Notes: a model not told the origin generated them from the letters alone. 63,918 bases of DNA, filler included, from Rhabdomonas costata (GCA_019059605.1; 55 parts of 55 records of this genome joined end to end with filler, not necessarily neighbours in it), one strand, 5' to 3'. Shown: positions 22,431-35,710, counted from the first letter of the whole stretch. Program-made: numbers and translations.

Positions 22431-23142
22431 GCTCCATCTGCACCAGCACGACCAACCCTGTACCGCAGCCCTGCCCCTCAGGCACCTACAGCGACCCCGG
22501 GGCGGTGACCTGCGTAGATTGCCCTCAGGTTTCTTCCGAGTCGGGGGATATGTGTGTTTCCTAACCTCCTGCTGCTTTTTCGATGGCAGGTAACTGACCT
22601 GCCGACAAGCGGGAAGTCTCAAACCATGCATGATTTTGTTTCAAGGCAGGCTATCTTTCTTGGCCGGCTCTGTATGTATCTCCGTTGGTTGGGGACGAAC
22701 GGGCGCTGTATTCTGTCGCCAACCGACCCAAAGCCTCCACTCCATTCCGTGGATACATGCTCTGATAGTGATGACCGTGGAAATAGCCATCTCGTTGCAC
22801 GTGTCATTCCTCTGGAGTACGTTGACTGTCAACTCTGACTCATGGCAAAGACGCTGGATTAATTGTTTCCTCCCTTCATATGATTTTGCAATAAGCCCGC
22901 CGATTGCATCCCGCTTGGTCGAAGAAATGATCCCTCACAGACACAGCCCATGTGCTTCGAGCATTGGTTCTTTGAGCATCAGTGTGCTGCACCTGCCGCA
23001 CCATTCCACAGGGGATGTACTGCCCCAGCACAAGCAGCCGTCCCGTGGCCTGCCCGCCTGGCACGTACAGCGCCGTGCGGGCCACCTTCTGCATCCGCTG
23101 CCCCGCGGGGTACACCTGCGCCTCCCAAGCCAGTACCCGCTG
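22431..23142 (+). CDS. Cys-rich GCC2/GCC3 (ephrin-receptor-like) repeat protein; exons 22431-22528 and 23012-23142
   Basis: CPSGTYSDPGAVTCVDCPQ|GMYCPSTSSRPVACPPGTYSAVRATFCIRCPAGYTC; phase-0 GT-AG intron. Confidence 0.85.
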
Positions 23143-23593
23143 GTGCGTGACAATGTTCCTCTCCCTCCCATCCAATGAGGCAACNNNNNNNNNNNNNNNN
23201 NNNNNNNNNNNNNNNNNNNNNNNNNNNNTTAATTAATTAANNNNNNNNNNNNNNNNNNNNNNNNNNNNNNNNNNNNNNNNNNNNGTGTTTTGGTGTACAG
23301 ACATATTTTGATTCCGAAAACTTTGAAGGTCTTAGCGGTATCATGCACCCAAACAGGATCCAAGCCTCAGCGCAAAAAACGAAACGAAAGGAAAGGAAAG
23401 GCCGCACAGCTGGACGCACACAGCTGAGATATAAGGACAAGGACGTTTCTCGAAGAGTAAGGTGGCATGGCAGTGGGGGAGAATCCTACAAAATCTGTAA
23501 AATGATCACGAAGTGCTCACGCGCTCACGAAGCACCAACACACAAGGACGAATGGATCCCAACTTGAAGAGCCGAATGATAAGGAATGCGAAC

Positions 23594-24348
23594 CTTCTTG
23601 TGATGCTCTTTGAGCTCAATGACGGCGAGGACGAGGGTTTGGAAATGCTGAGGGCTGTTCTTGCCGTTGAGATGGCGGTTGCGCACCACCACGCCGGTCT
23701 GGCAAGAGATAAGAAAAGATGGCATAGAAACCGGGGAGAGTATGCCTGATTCTCTGCACACCATCTCAGCGAACTTCTGCGTGGCGTTCTATCCGGCAAC
23801 ACCACTTCAGGTGCCTGAAGGTTTCCTCTGCTCCGAATAAGATTTTGCCCTATCACACACTCAGCAACCCCTCCCAGCCCACACCGACAGCGCACAAAAT
23901 AGAAGTGACAGCAGCGCAGCATATGGGCACAGAAACATACCGAACTGTAGGCCGCCTGGGCGAGCACCAGGTTCAGCGCGGCCACGGCGCCCAGGCCATG
24001 CAGCAGGACATCTGAGGGCGGAGTGAGCTGCTGGCGCGTTAGCACCTCCGCCTCGAACCTTTATGCAGGCCGCAGGAGACCATGTGAAATGGGACATAGG
24101 GGACATAAAAATGCGACATACAAAGAAATGACACAAAACAATATATTACCGAAGACTTGCCGCCAAACCTCCCAGCACCTGCTCAGGTACGGGTGGTTTT
24201 GCAAAATCTCAAGCCCCCAGATGAGCCCTAGAGCTAGACCTAGACAAGCACGCATACAGCTCTTTTGCAGCCCGCTCGATGTTCTCGAAGATGAACTCGT
24301 AGGTGTCAGCAATGTCCGCCTCGGTGAACTCCAGAATTGCGTCATCCC
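23594..24348 (-). CDS. Unknown protein, three in-phase exons
   Basis: DDAILEFTEADIADTYEFIFENIERAAKEL|FEAEVLTRQQLTPPSDVLLHGLGAVAALNLVLAQAAYSS|TGVVVRNRHLNGKNSPQHFQTLVLAVIELKEHHKK with GT-AG introns. Confidence 0.6.
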
Positions 24349-24635
24349 NNNNNNNNNNNNNNNNNNNNNNNNNNNNNNNNNNNNNNNNNNNNTTAATTAA
24401 TTAANNNNNNNNNNNNNNNNNNNNNNNNNNNNNNNNNNNNNNNNNNNNGTGGTGGGTGTGTTTGGGTTTTTGGTGCAGTGCCACCCCCCTCTTTCCCCGT
24501 GGGCGGCGGTGGCGGTTGTGGTGGTGGTGGTGGGGTGGATAATTTTTATTACCACGACCATCATTACTGTCAACCAGTCAACCGTTAAAGTGTAAAGCGA
24601 GTCAACTGCAACGCAAAGAGCGATGGCGGAGGAAC

Positions 24636-25341
24636 CGCAGGCTCGACGAGCTCCGCCGCCCTGCGGTTGCCAGGACGCAGGGCCTCGGCGAAGGCGGGAG
24701 CTATGCAGGGCTGCAGCAGAGTGGCCACAGAGCAGAGCTCGGGGAGCTCCGGGACCCTCTCCGAGGCCCACACCACCGAGCCCACGGCACGGGACAGCAC
24801 CGCGCCGGTGCCTGTGGGGAGAGGTAGGGAATCGCGTGCGGGCGGGCAGGGCGTGGAAATTCACCCCAAAGTGTATTCCCGAGCGCAAATCCCCACAGGT
24901 CCCCCGCCATAACCAAATCGCACAAACAGCGCGAACACTTCGAGAACGCCGCCATGGGAAATTCTGCAACAACTGGGGAAAGGACACCAACAAAAAAAAG
25001 CATCGGACACGCTGCCCCCCACCCCAATTGCATTTGTCCACAGAAGGGGGAGGGACCTTGTAAACAACCGGTGTTGTCTCCCCCCTTGCATTTTGGCACC
25101 AGAGCCTTAAACTCGTACTCTAACCCCAACCAACAACTCGCATTCAGATGAGAGAAGGCAAAACTGACCCTGCCCAATCGATGGGTCTTACGGGAAAGGT
25201 GGTCTGTGCTTAAATTAACGGCAGACCTTTGTGAGTCTCTGGAGCATCCAAATGGGGGCCCTGAAGCAGCGCAGGGAGACCCGCCGCGATGGCCTCCAAG
25301 CATTCCTCCAGAGCACCCAGTGCAGCCGCCACACTGCCAAA
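24636..25341 (-). CDS. IST1-like (regulator of Vps4) domain, divergent; exons 25341-25227 and 24811-24636
   Basis: ALGALEECLEAIAAGL...LSRAVGSVVWASERVPELPELCSVATLL resembles IST1 'EAvssliwAapR..evpEL'; intron phases agree. Confidence 0.45.
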
Positions 25342-27394
25342 CTATCGCCCCGAGAAACGCACAAATCAAGGGAGAAAACAGGGTGCACGCGAGACGGAAC
25401 AACCCACCCGCTCACCCCCAGCAGCAGAAAGAGAAAGACAGTCCAGACAAGCCAGGCCGATTTCCAATCAAGGGTACACCTGAACAACATTTTCAGTGCT
25501 TTCCCCAAAAACNNNNNNNNNNNNNNNNNNNNNNNNNNNNNNNNNNNNNNNNNNNNTTAATTAATTAANNNNNNNNNNNNNNNNNNNNNNNNNNNNNNNN
25601 NNNNNNNNNNNNTGTTGGGTTTATCTTCACGCTGGTTTGCGCTCAGAAGCTCTGCCATGGTGAACAGAGGCGTTCTGGATATCGGTTGCTATTTTCAGCC
25701 AGTGTTCACGTTGGCGCGCGTTTCCAGTTCCATATTGCTTGAAGGAGTCGATCGGATGATTGTTTGGAACTAATGGCATCCTTCTGGTAGGTTTGTTGTC
25801 TACAGCTTGATCGCGTTGATGATCGGTCAGGTTGTTGTTCTTGTATTAGTGAATGGGTTTTTTATCGACCACAGCTTGCGAAACGTTTTCCACTTCGACG
25901 CCAAGGACTCAGAGTAGTTTGTGGATCGAAGCTGAAAACAGAAAATAAACAGGTGCAATGTACCAAAACACTTTGACAGAGTTAGACAGAGGAACGTGGA
26001 AATAGCTTTTGGATGATAATGAAGGGGTTGTGTGCCTCGAAGGTGTTGGGTGAGGCAGGTGAGACGCCTACGTAATCCGTAAGGTTGCCTGTCGACAGAT
26101 TCCGACTCGATGTTGAGGTTTCAATTTTCACGTTGGCCATTCAGCAGATGCAGTCGGAAGAATTTTATCTATTGAAGGTTTCAACGTGATCCGTAGGTAT
26201 GGGTGGTCGGCTGTGCTTTGTATTTTGATGGTGATGGGATTTTGTCCTCAGTCATTTGGTTGGTGACTTCTACCTTTTGCTCTATATAAACGTTTTCGAC
26301 ATAACTAAAAAAATGAAAGCAATTGAAAACAAAAACAAGAAAAGCCAAGTTATTCTGAGTAATTTTGTTTTCGCGTTCATTTGGAAATAATAAAATATAA
26401 ATCAAAAAGACGCACCTCAGTAGAATGGAAATCTATTGATTATACGGCTTCAAATCGTTGACTGGGATGCGAAGATTGAATCCGCGAGGTTTTGTAGATA
26501 TTTGCAAGCCCAATCTCAACTCTCTTCCTACGTTTTTCAGCTTCCCTTCTAAAATATAAAACTCTCCAGTTCTTTGGTATATTCAGCGTAATTTACAACG
26601 TTCAATTAGATAATGATTTCCCTAAAAGGCTGCAGGAATGCCTTAATCATTAAATGCACACAATATCCATAACACCNNNNNNNNNNNNNNNNNNNNNNNN
26701 NNNNNNNNNNNNNNNNNNNNTTAATTAATTAANNNNNNNNNNNNNNNNNNNNNNNNNNNNNNNNNNNNNNNNNNNNATTTCTCCTGTGGACTTTTTGTAG
26801 TATTCAGTCAGGCGCAGACGGGATGCCAGCAGGGATTGCTACTACACCGCTTGGGGATCGATGTGGTGCATACACGATAGGGAGCAGCACGTGGGTTTGG
26901 AATGAGAGAGGGAGTTGGACTCGTGGCCCTTAATGGCCCTACATTTTGAGAGTGCCGTTGCTTCACATACGTAACATACCATGGTATGTAGCGTGGGTCG
27001 CATCTGAAATAGTATTTTAGTGTCCCCCACAAAAAACACACAGAAGAGTTACACAGAGAAAGGGAGCACTTGCACAGCTTCACATCCTGTCAGCATCAAA
27101 GTACCACTCTTAGAGTCAGTTCGCCTTTCGAATCCGCCACAAGTGACAGCGAAGACTGGGCGGAAACGGAAACATTCCACGAGGCCCCATCCCACCGGCA
27201 GTAATACTACGGCTGCCTCGCGGCGACGTCAGCGGAAACCCTCGGTGAGCCCTTCGCCATGGGCACAAGGGTTCACAGATGGGTTGGTTGGGTCCTTGCA
27301 GAAAGCTACCTTCTGTCAAAAGGCCACGAACAGTAGAACAGAGCCTGACTTCATATGCCCTCCCTCCGAATCGCACGGGAAAGTGTCTTCGAGC

Positions 27395-27589
27395 TCAGAT
27401 GGGTGGGGAGGGGACAGGGGATTCCGCTGGTGGTGTGCCGGGTGCGGTTTCTGGGGCGGTCTCGGAGTCGGCGAATCTCCGGATGAAGGAGAACTCCTGC
27501 AGCCCCCCGGCGTGGTTGTACCGCCCCACCTCAGAGAAGAAGCACGTGAAGCCGTTCCGGAAGCACGCCGTGAGCATCACCAGCCAGTC
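27395..27589 (-). CDS. Terminal exon of an unknown protein
   Basis: CAG| acceptor, GC3-rich DWLVMLTACFRNGFTCFFSEVGRYNHAGGLQEFSFIRR then a Pro-rich tail and TGA. Confidence 0.5.
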   Translation of the reverse strand, partial: DWLVMLTACFRNGFTCFFSEVGRYNHAGGLQEFSFIRRFADSETAPETAPGTPPAESPVPSPPI

Positions 27590-30500
27590 CTGTAGAAACC
27601 CCGTCCAACAAGGTCCGAACCCTCAGTGTTAGACCCACAGTTCCTGTGCTGCAGAACAGTGCCAGTGCAAAGATTGAAAGCAGTTAGAGAAAAGCAAAAG
27701 GTAAAGCAAAGTTGGTTGCAGTAAGAGTGACCCGAATTGACTCGAAAACCAGCTTAGGTCCCATTAATGTACCACGCACCACACCGGCAGGGAAACGCGG
27801 AAATTACTTCCAATATCTCGCAGTGCTCCCCCCCAACCCCNNNNNNNNNNNNNNNNNNNNNNNNNNNNNNNNNNNNNNNNNNNNTTAATTAATTAANNNN
27901 NNNNNNNNNNNNNNNNNNNNNNNNNNNNNNNNNNNNNNNNTTTGTTGGTGGGGGTGATTCTGATGGGAATTAGGAACAGGGTCTGAGTAGCAGGAAGGTC
28001 TGGGACACGGGCCTGTGTTGGGAGAGGTTGGGCTTGGGGAAGGAGGGAAAGCACGTCCGCAGAGCTGATGGATCGGTGGGCCTGCACGGGTGTGGAGAGT
28101 GTCGCCAATGGGATGGTCGCGGGGCCTCCCTGCAGGTCCGCCAGGAGGGCCATTGCGGAGGCCCCAAGCCCAGGCGCCAGGGCCTTAAAGACCTCTCGGC
28201 AGAGGTGCACTCTCTGTGGGCATCGAGCAAGCAATCAAAAACAGGAAAAGAATTCAATGGTAATGGTGCACCCTCTGACGCTGACGAAGCACGTGAGTCA
28301 GCACATGGGCGCTCACAGAAATCAAAGTCAGTGTGTACCAAGACGGGGTTGAAGGAGTGACTTACTAAGTTGTCAAAAAAACAAGGTGCTTCATGGTGCA
28401 AAGTCCTTTCCTAGCGTATTACTTGAGACGCTGTTCCAGGGCTCGTCTATGAGGCCCCGCATTTTCGTAAGTTAGTGTGGTGGGTCCAGGGGAGGGGGGC
28501 AGGCACGTCATTCAGCGGCAGAGCTCAATCTCCGAGGCATCCACGTCTCTGGTCTACACTGCAAAAAGACGCCATTACCATAAAGAAACATAAGGGAGCA
28601 GGGGCACATCAGGGTATGGAAGAAGCAAGGCCTCTGTTTGCAAAAGAATCAAAATTGGCCGAAAGTGGGTGAGGTACAACCTTGCAGTCCCGCCCAAACC
28701 GACACCCATTCCGCTGGTGCAACAGGCAGATCTGCGAGGGCCGAATCGCCACCTCGGAGGCACCCAGGGTGCCCGTCATGGCGGCCTCCCAGAACGCGCT
28801 GACTGCAATGCGCTGCAGGGGAATGTTGGCCTGCGAACATTCAGAGGAGGACAAAAGGTTTCGAAATCACTCCCCTCGGACCCAAGATCAGGAAGCGAGG
28901 ATTGGCGCCTAGTTTCCAGTCACTAGACCAGAGTGAGTGATCAATAAACAAGGTAGCGAAAAATACCATCATTCGTGCTTCAAAAGACTTCGAAAACACA
29001 AACCNNNNNNNNNNNNNNNNNNNNNNNNNNNNNNNNNNNNNNNNNNNNTTAATTAATTAANNNNNNNNNNNNNNNNNNNNNNNNNNNNNNNNNNNNNNNN
29101 NNNNGGGTGGTTGGGCCGCGAAGGCAGCTGGAGCGGCCACCAAAGCGGTGAGCTGCTCCATCACTGCCTCTGCGCTGCCGCTGCCCGCTGACTCTGCCGG
29201 GCTGGCCTGCAGCACGCTCAACTGCTGCCGCGCGGCCGGGGACATCACTGCCAAGGGGATGTCCTGCACCGCGCTGACCAACGGGTGGCACGCAAGCGGG
29301 GGAACCCCTGCGACAGTCCCCCAGTGCGCCCCTCCTCACCAGTACAAGACACTTTCCAAAAATACTACGCAGGCTTTCTTTCAGGAAAGAATGAGATTTA
29401 GACCAAAAAGCATGAGACTTTTTCCAAAAAATGGTGAGACGTTTTCCAAAAGGTATCAAAGGTACGAGATGTAGTTGCTGGATAGTTTTAGAAAGTGTGT
29501 GAAGACGAACAGCCATTTTCGTGCGCCAAAAGTTGCAATCCACAAAACAAAGGAAAATGGTGTCATACTATTTTCAGGCATTTACGGACCAAGCCACATA
29601 ACGTACACTACAAACGATTCAATCCTTGTCTGGGGCTGAATCTTTTCCTTCTTTGCTCTTTCGTTGTCGTTTGAGAAAAAGCCTATTACTTTAGCACTTC
29701 CCCACATGCGTCGGACTCACATCGGGGATTCTTACAAGAAAAGGTCTTCACGGGTATTTCGTCTTTGTGGATGCACGAAACTTGCAGGGCTTGCTGGGTG
29801 GAATCTCTCTCTCTGGCAATCAGACAATCATCTGAGTTCCTAATCCCTGGTCAGATTCTCACCTTTAGTTCTTGTTCATGGACAGGGGAACAGAAACCAA
29901 CTCAAGAAACATTTGGCGGCTGTTGTCATGTGCAGGACTGAGGATGTCCCGAAGCTCGACGGAAACCAGTGACTCCAAACAATGTAAAACCTGTGGGATA
30001 TTATTAAAATCATTGATTCTGTGATTCCTGTGAAGGGCGGGACACTCCAAATCTCACCGCTGCGGGCGCACACCTCCAGGTTCCTCCACAAAGCCTTTCT
30101 TCAGCAGCCCTGGGGAAAGTCCGGCAGGCCTTCCCCCCACCACCCCTGCGAGGCCGTTCCCGTTGGCCNNNNNNNNNNNNNNNNNNNNNNNNNNNNNNNN
30201 NNNNNNNNNNNNTTAATTAATTAANNNNNNNNNNNNNNNNNNNNNNNNNNNNNNNNNNNNNNNNNNNNGTTGTGTTGGGAAGCTGGGACACGCGCATCGC
30301 TACCTAAGGATTTTCTGCCTAAAGTCCCTAAAATGTGCTGAATAAGGGTTTCTATAATGTGCCTGCGCTCCTTCTTCGCGGGACGGTTTGCATCGGAGTA
30401 TGACCGTAAACTCAGACCATGTTTTCGTCTCAGTCTCATTAGAGCGCTTGAAACATGTGAGATGCGGGATCATGATGTCACATGCGGGATTTGTGCCTTT

Positions 30501-30721
30501 TGAATTCCTATGGTTTTGAGGCAACTCAAAGCTTTCAGGTGTGTAAGACGGGTCATGTTCGCCACACACTGCTTTTAGGGAAAATCAGGAATCAGGAATC
30601 AGATCAGAAATCAGGAAAATCAAATGGGGGCTGTGGTGCAGACACTCTGATATCGAAGGTATGAAAGGCTCTCCTGCTGCCTCGCTGTTCCCGCTTTTGC
30701 TGCCTTGAGTGCTACCTCTAG

Positions 30722-30892
30722 CTCTGACGTCGCCCACGTCACCCCGTGTGTCCTGGAGTATGCACTGACAGCCTCCGCGGCAGTGGGGAACTACAGCGGC
30801 TCTGTGGGCGCCCTTGGGCTGCACTTCGACCTGAAGGCCAGCAAGCACCTGGAGATCCTGGGTTACGCGCTTATGGCCAAAGCCTCCGTGAG
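30722..30892 (+). CDS. Internal exon of an unknown protein (weak PHR-domain-like look)
   Basis: TAG| ... |GTATGC boundaries; NYSGSVGALGLHFDLKASKHLEILGYAL, GC3-rich. Confidence 0.4.
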
Positions 30893-31604
30893 GTATGCAT
30901 CGACCCTGTTGCGGGTGCTTTAGGAGCCTGCCATCGGATCCCCATTTCTGGCTGCTTTCTTGCGTGAATCATAGGTTTTTGTGGATAAAATGGATCAGAA
31001 ATGGTTGGCTCTCTTTCGTGTTTGGAATTCCAAAGGGGTATGTGTTCACATACATAATGTAACCCATGGTCACATACAAATGCACATGCACGCACACAGG
31101 TACTGCGTAATGTGACCGTCGTAACAGGTGTTGCAGGCAGGGGGGGGGGTTCGGCAACCCCTGCTTTTCCTCTTCCGGTCCACTATCCAGTCCCTTGACG
31201 GCGCATGTGCCGATTCTTGCCCCATTACTAGGAGGGTTTCTCGACGGAACCCACAATGAATAGCAGCCAAGCCCACTGCCCCCGCTTCAAAGCGTCAATG
31301 GCGGGGGGGGGGGCAGCCAACTACACCACACANNNNNNNNNNNNNNNNNNNNNNNNNNNNNNNNNNNNNNNNNNNNTTAATTAATTAANNNNNNNNNNNN
31401 NNNNNNNNNNNNNNNNNNNNNNNNNNNNNNNNTTGTGGTTGGTGTACGCTTGTGCAATAAAAAGTGGTAAGAAAACACACACTCTCTCTCACGTCAGGGA
31501 AAAGCTGCCCCTAACCTATCACACAGAGCGATGAACAAAAGAAGACAAAATGTATATTCCCAACCCAGGGACTACTAAGCCGACGCAAAGAGGGGGCAGA
31601 CATA

Positions 31605-32311
31605 CCGGCGAGGTTCTTCTGGCTCAGATCCTCAACCCGGAAGTCACACTTCTGCCTCTCCTCCTGCAAGTTTCGGCTGAACTGCACAGCCCCCCAACGA
31701 CACATCACCCCAATCTCGTGGCATCCTTCCCATTCATTGGTAAGCTAGCCATCAATTCCATGTACGCTGACAGGAAGCCGGAGTAAAAATTAAGAAAAAT
31801 TAAGAATCACTTCGCGTCTGGTGACCTGGAGCGTAGACAGCTCAGAAGAACCGCTGCCTCATGTCCACATTGTACACCGCTCCAACCGTACACTTCTGAT
31901 TCCGACCCACCCGTTTGATTTGCCCCTCCTATTCGCCCCTCCTTTTGTGAAGCCTTCGAAAATTTCTTCGAAAATTACGGCGGTGAAATCGCCCAAAAGG
32001 CGTCTACCGATGGCGGAGGTGCGCGTGTGGGTATGTGTGTGTGCTGGACGCACTGGCTGTTTGCCTAATTGGCTGTTAATTACCAACATCGACTGATGGG
32101 CGCATCGCTGTTGGCCGTTGGCCGCTGCTGGTTGCTCTGTGTGTTTGAGAGTCTGTTGAGCGCTAAATGGTTGTGAATCCGCCCGTGGGGAGGGAGAGAT
32201 GGGCAGAGGGGATGGGACCTCCTCGGACCGCTGCTTCAGCTTGGCCTTGAGGTAGTCCACCTCCGCGATAGCCTCCCCACTCCGCAGATATGACCGCCAA
32301 GTGATGTACAC
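31605..32311 (-). CDS. Coiled-coil protein exons (~32311-32219 and ~31682-31605)
   Basis: YITWRSYLRSGEAIAEVDYLKAKLKQRSEE|FSRNLQEERQKCDFRVEDLSQKNLA with GT-AG boundaries. Confidence 0.5.
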
Positions 32312-32627
32312 TGCGTGATATGCCCGTGGGTCCCATGCACAGGGGTGTGAGAGGTGCGATGCGACAAAGGCAACACATCAAAGTTTGACATGTTCTAAAC
32401 CATGTCGCCATCCTCTCCCGAGGGTAAAAGGTAATCTCTTTTGCGTGCTGATTGTACTGTATGACCTCACCCTACCTAATCTCTCCACCCCAACCNNNNN
32501 NNNNNNNNNNNNNNNNNNNNNNNNNNNNNNNNNNNNNNNTTAATTAATTAANNNNNNNNNNNNNNNNNNNNNNNNNNNNNNNNNNNNNNNNNNNNGTTTG
32601 TGTTGGTCTATCTAATCTTCATTTTCT

Positions 32628-32822
32628 CCTGATTTAATACCACAAATAAAAGGAAGATTAGATAGACCAACACAAAAAGCAAATACATTATATTTAGAAT
32701 ATTACATTATAGACGAAACAATAGATGTAACTTGTTTAATGAAATTAGATATATGTTCTGAATTTGTCAAGAAATATCTTCTTCCGTTATCATCTTTTTA
32801 CAGTATTGCTATTCAGCAATAA
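32628..32822 (+). CDS. C-terminus of an SF2/SNF2-like helicase, giant-virus-like (5' truncated)
   Basis: PDLIPQIKGRLDRPTQKANTLYLEYYIIDETID carries helicase motif VI (QxxGRxxRxxQ) followed by the SNF2-type 'TI(D/E)' element; very AT-rich and intronless. Confidence 0.7.
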   Translation, partial: PDLIPQIKGRLDRPTQKANTLYLEYYIIDETIDVTCLMKLDICSEFVKKYLLPLSSFYSIAIQQ

Positions 32823-32971
32823 TATTTATATTTTTGATATAATTTTGTTTTATTTAATAAAATTTAAATTAAATAAAAAAATTATTTTATTATTTTAAAT
32901 AATAAAGTAATACAATAATAAATAAATTTATACTACTATTACTAAAAAATATATATAAATATATTTTATTG

Positions 32972-33659
32972 ATGAGCAATACTGACGTGTTAAATAAAAC
33001 GACAGAATCTATAAATAATGTTTCAAAAATATTATCAAATGTATCAAATATTTTAGATGAATATAAACAAATCGATAAAGCAATATCAGTTACACAAGAA
33101 AAAATGTTAACCTCATTGTCATCTCAAACAGTACATGTTAAAGGAAATCATGTTATAAATACTAATCCAGCATCTATTTTAGGTATGTATTTTGATAATT
33201 CGTCGTGGTGGAAAGATGATTATCGTAAAGATGGTTTTACACAATTTGGTTTAAATAGTAAACATATAGCACATGAAACTAGAAAAACATGTATAATTGA
33301 CACAAATGATAAATTACAATGTTGCGATGATTATAAAAATTGTAATTATAAATTAGTTAACGGTGGAACAAATGTTCCACAGTTTACAAATATTACAATA
33401 AGTGATAATAAATTATGTGGTATTGATATAAATAAAAATGTATTTTGTTCTGATGATTTAAAATCACCATATACAAATATTACTTTTACCAAAGTCCCAA
33501 ATGTATCATTTATTGCAGATTCACGTAGAAAAACAATCTCTAAAAGTGGTAATGTTTTATGTGGTGTTGATTCTACAGGAAATATTAAATGTACAGATAA
33601 TGTAACATCTCCAACATGGAAAACAATAGCATCATTACCAAATACAAATGAAAAAACGA
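32972..33659 (+). CDS. Asn/Lys-rich protein with an N-terminal coiled coil and tectonin/beta-propeller-like repeats, giant-virus-like (3' truncated)
   Basis: Uninterrupted >225-aa ORF; repeats ISDNKLCGIDINKNVFCSD / SGNVLCGVDSTGNIKCTD / KTCIIDTNDKLQCCD; AT-rich codons. Confidence 0.7.
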
Positions 33660-35710
33660 NNNNNNNNNNNNNNNNNNNNNNNNNNNNNNNNNNNNNNNNN
33701 NNNTTAATTAATTAANNNNNNNNNNNNNNNNNNNNNNNNNNNNNNNNNNNNNNNNNNNNACCGCTCTCCCAAGTGCGATTTTCTCTCGTTTTGTTTTTTT
33801 GCTTTTTGGAAGGGTTTTCCTTGCTTCAAGACTCTCTCCTTTTGTGCAGTCTCAGGCCTTTTATTTTCGAGGGAGAGGGTGGGCGTTCCCATTCGTTGAG
33901 GCAACCGGAGTTTCTCTTTTGGTTTTGCCCTCATCGAATCGGTTCCCCAGGTCTTGTAATCCTTTTTGTATCGTATGACTCAGAGAGGAAAAGATACTCC
34001 GTTGCAGCGCTTAGCGCCGCGGCGTGTATGCATTGGCAGTTGTGGAGGTCTCTCCTGCTTCTGCTGGTGCCGTCTCTGAGTTCGTGTTGGTGTGTGTTAT
34101 CGAGGAGTCCGTGTGGCGTCGCCCTCTCTCCCTACCGGTTTTGCCGTGCCCTCTCTGCTCCTCTCGTGACAGCACGTGCTCGCCCACTGCTGGAACAGCT
34201 TTTTTTCGTAGTCTGAATACTTAGCCGCGATTGCGGCCCAAATGTACGTTTCTTTCTGTTTTTTTTGCAATAGAGATTTGTACCTGGAATGTGATCCATG
34301 TGCACCGGTCATGTTCAGCTCTGCTTCACTTCGAGCGTTCTTCTTCCGCCATGTTGTTGTGTTCATTTTGGGTTTTTTGGATTCCGCAAAGCCTTTCTCT
34401 CCCCGAGCTTGGCTTTTGTTTTTTCTGTGCACATATGTTAGACTTGTTCTATATACGCCGTGTGCTCGCCGCGCTCTGGCGAAGTCAAGCTATGTTCCAT
34501 TTTTGTTCATGTTCTCATCTCATCATTACGGTAGATCGCCCTTGCGTTGTGATTACTTTCTATGTTGCTGTGTTTTTACGGGACTGAATTATTGAACATC
34601 GTTGGTGGCTCTGTTCCTCGATTTGTGACGAGGGTTGAGGAAGTTAAGCAATAATTGGCATAGCTTTACTCTTGTACTCCCCCTAAGTGGGAACATGAGC
34701 AAGGCTTCCTAACCCCCTTTTTCTGAATAAAGGGAATGAAAAAAGAGGCACAATCACTGAAAATAGCCGTCCCGAATGTGCTCGCAGAGTTTCAAAAGGG
34801 CAAAATCTTCTATTGGAATCCCANNNNNNNNNNNNNNNNNNNNNNNNNNNNNNNNNNNNNNNNNNNNTTAATTAATTAANNNNNNNNNNNNNNNNNNNNN
34901 NNNNNNNNNNNNNNNNNNNNNNNGTGGTGGTGGAGTGTGCACCTTATCGTGACTCAGCACCACCCCCGCGGTGAGTGCGGAGTCACGATAAGGTGCACAC
35001 TCCAGCACCCTCACCCCTCACCCTCACTTCACTCAGAACCGGCCTTTGACCTTCGATTTGTGGTTTCACGCAAGCGCGCACACATCCGCGCACACGCACT
35101 CAGGGTGGAGAGTGAGAACAACCGTTCTCACCGAAGATAGCAACAAAGTGGCGTATATGCCGACGGGTTCACCTCGAGTCACACACGTGAGACTGGTGTC
35201 TGGGGTGTGGCAAAGAGGCAGAATGCGGGGCGGGCATGTATGTGACGTGTGGTTGATGTCATATGCATGATGCGAGAGCGTCGGGAAACCCGAGGGGCGT
35301 GAAAAGCCGCGAGAGATGCGGTGTGCGTTGAGCTCAACACGGCTTCGCGCCAAATGTGGTGTTCCAGATCTGTTGCAGATATGGAACCCGGGAAAAGGAG
35401 AGGTGCGCTGATCCCGAGCGAGCCGTACACTGGACATACACCTGGCTGACAGGGTACAGGGTACACACAAATGTCGATGTTGTGGTGGCTCCGGCGGTCT
35501 AGCCCGTGTCGGTGAGAGTAGGGCTTCGCAAGAAGGACGGGTGAGAGAGAATGGGTTGACCTCAGCGCTTGAGCAGCTCTTGGGTGTGGCACGTTGGAAA
35601 AACACCACCGATCACTTTTCACAATGTTTTTTCATTTTGTGAGATAAGTTGTCAGGAGGGATCTTACCTTCCACCAGTACCTTGCACCCAAGAGTCATGG
35701 CCCCTCTTAG

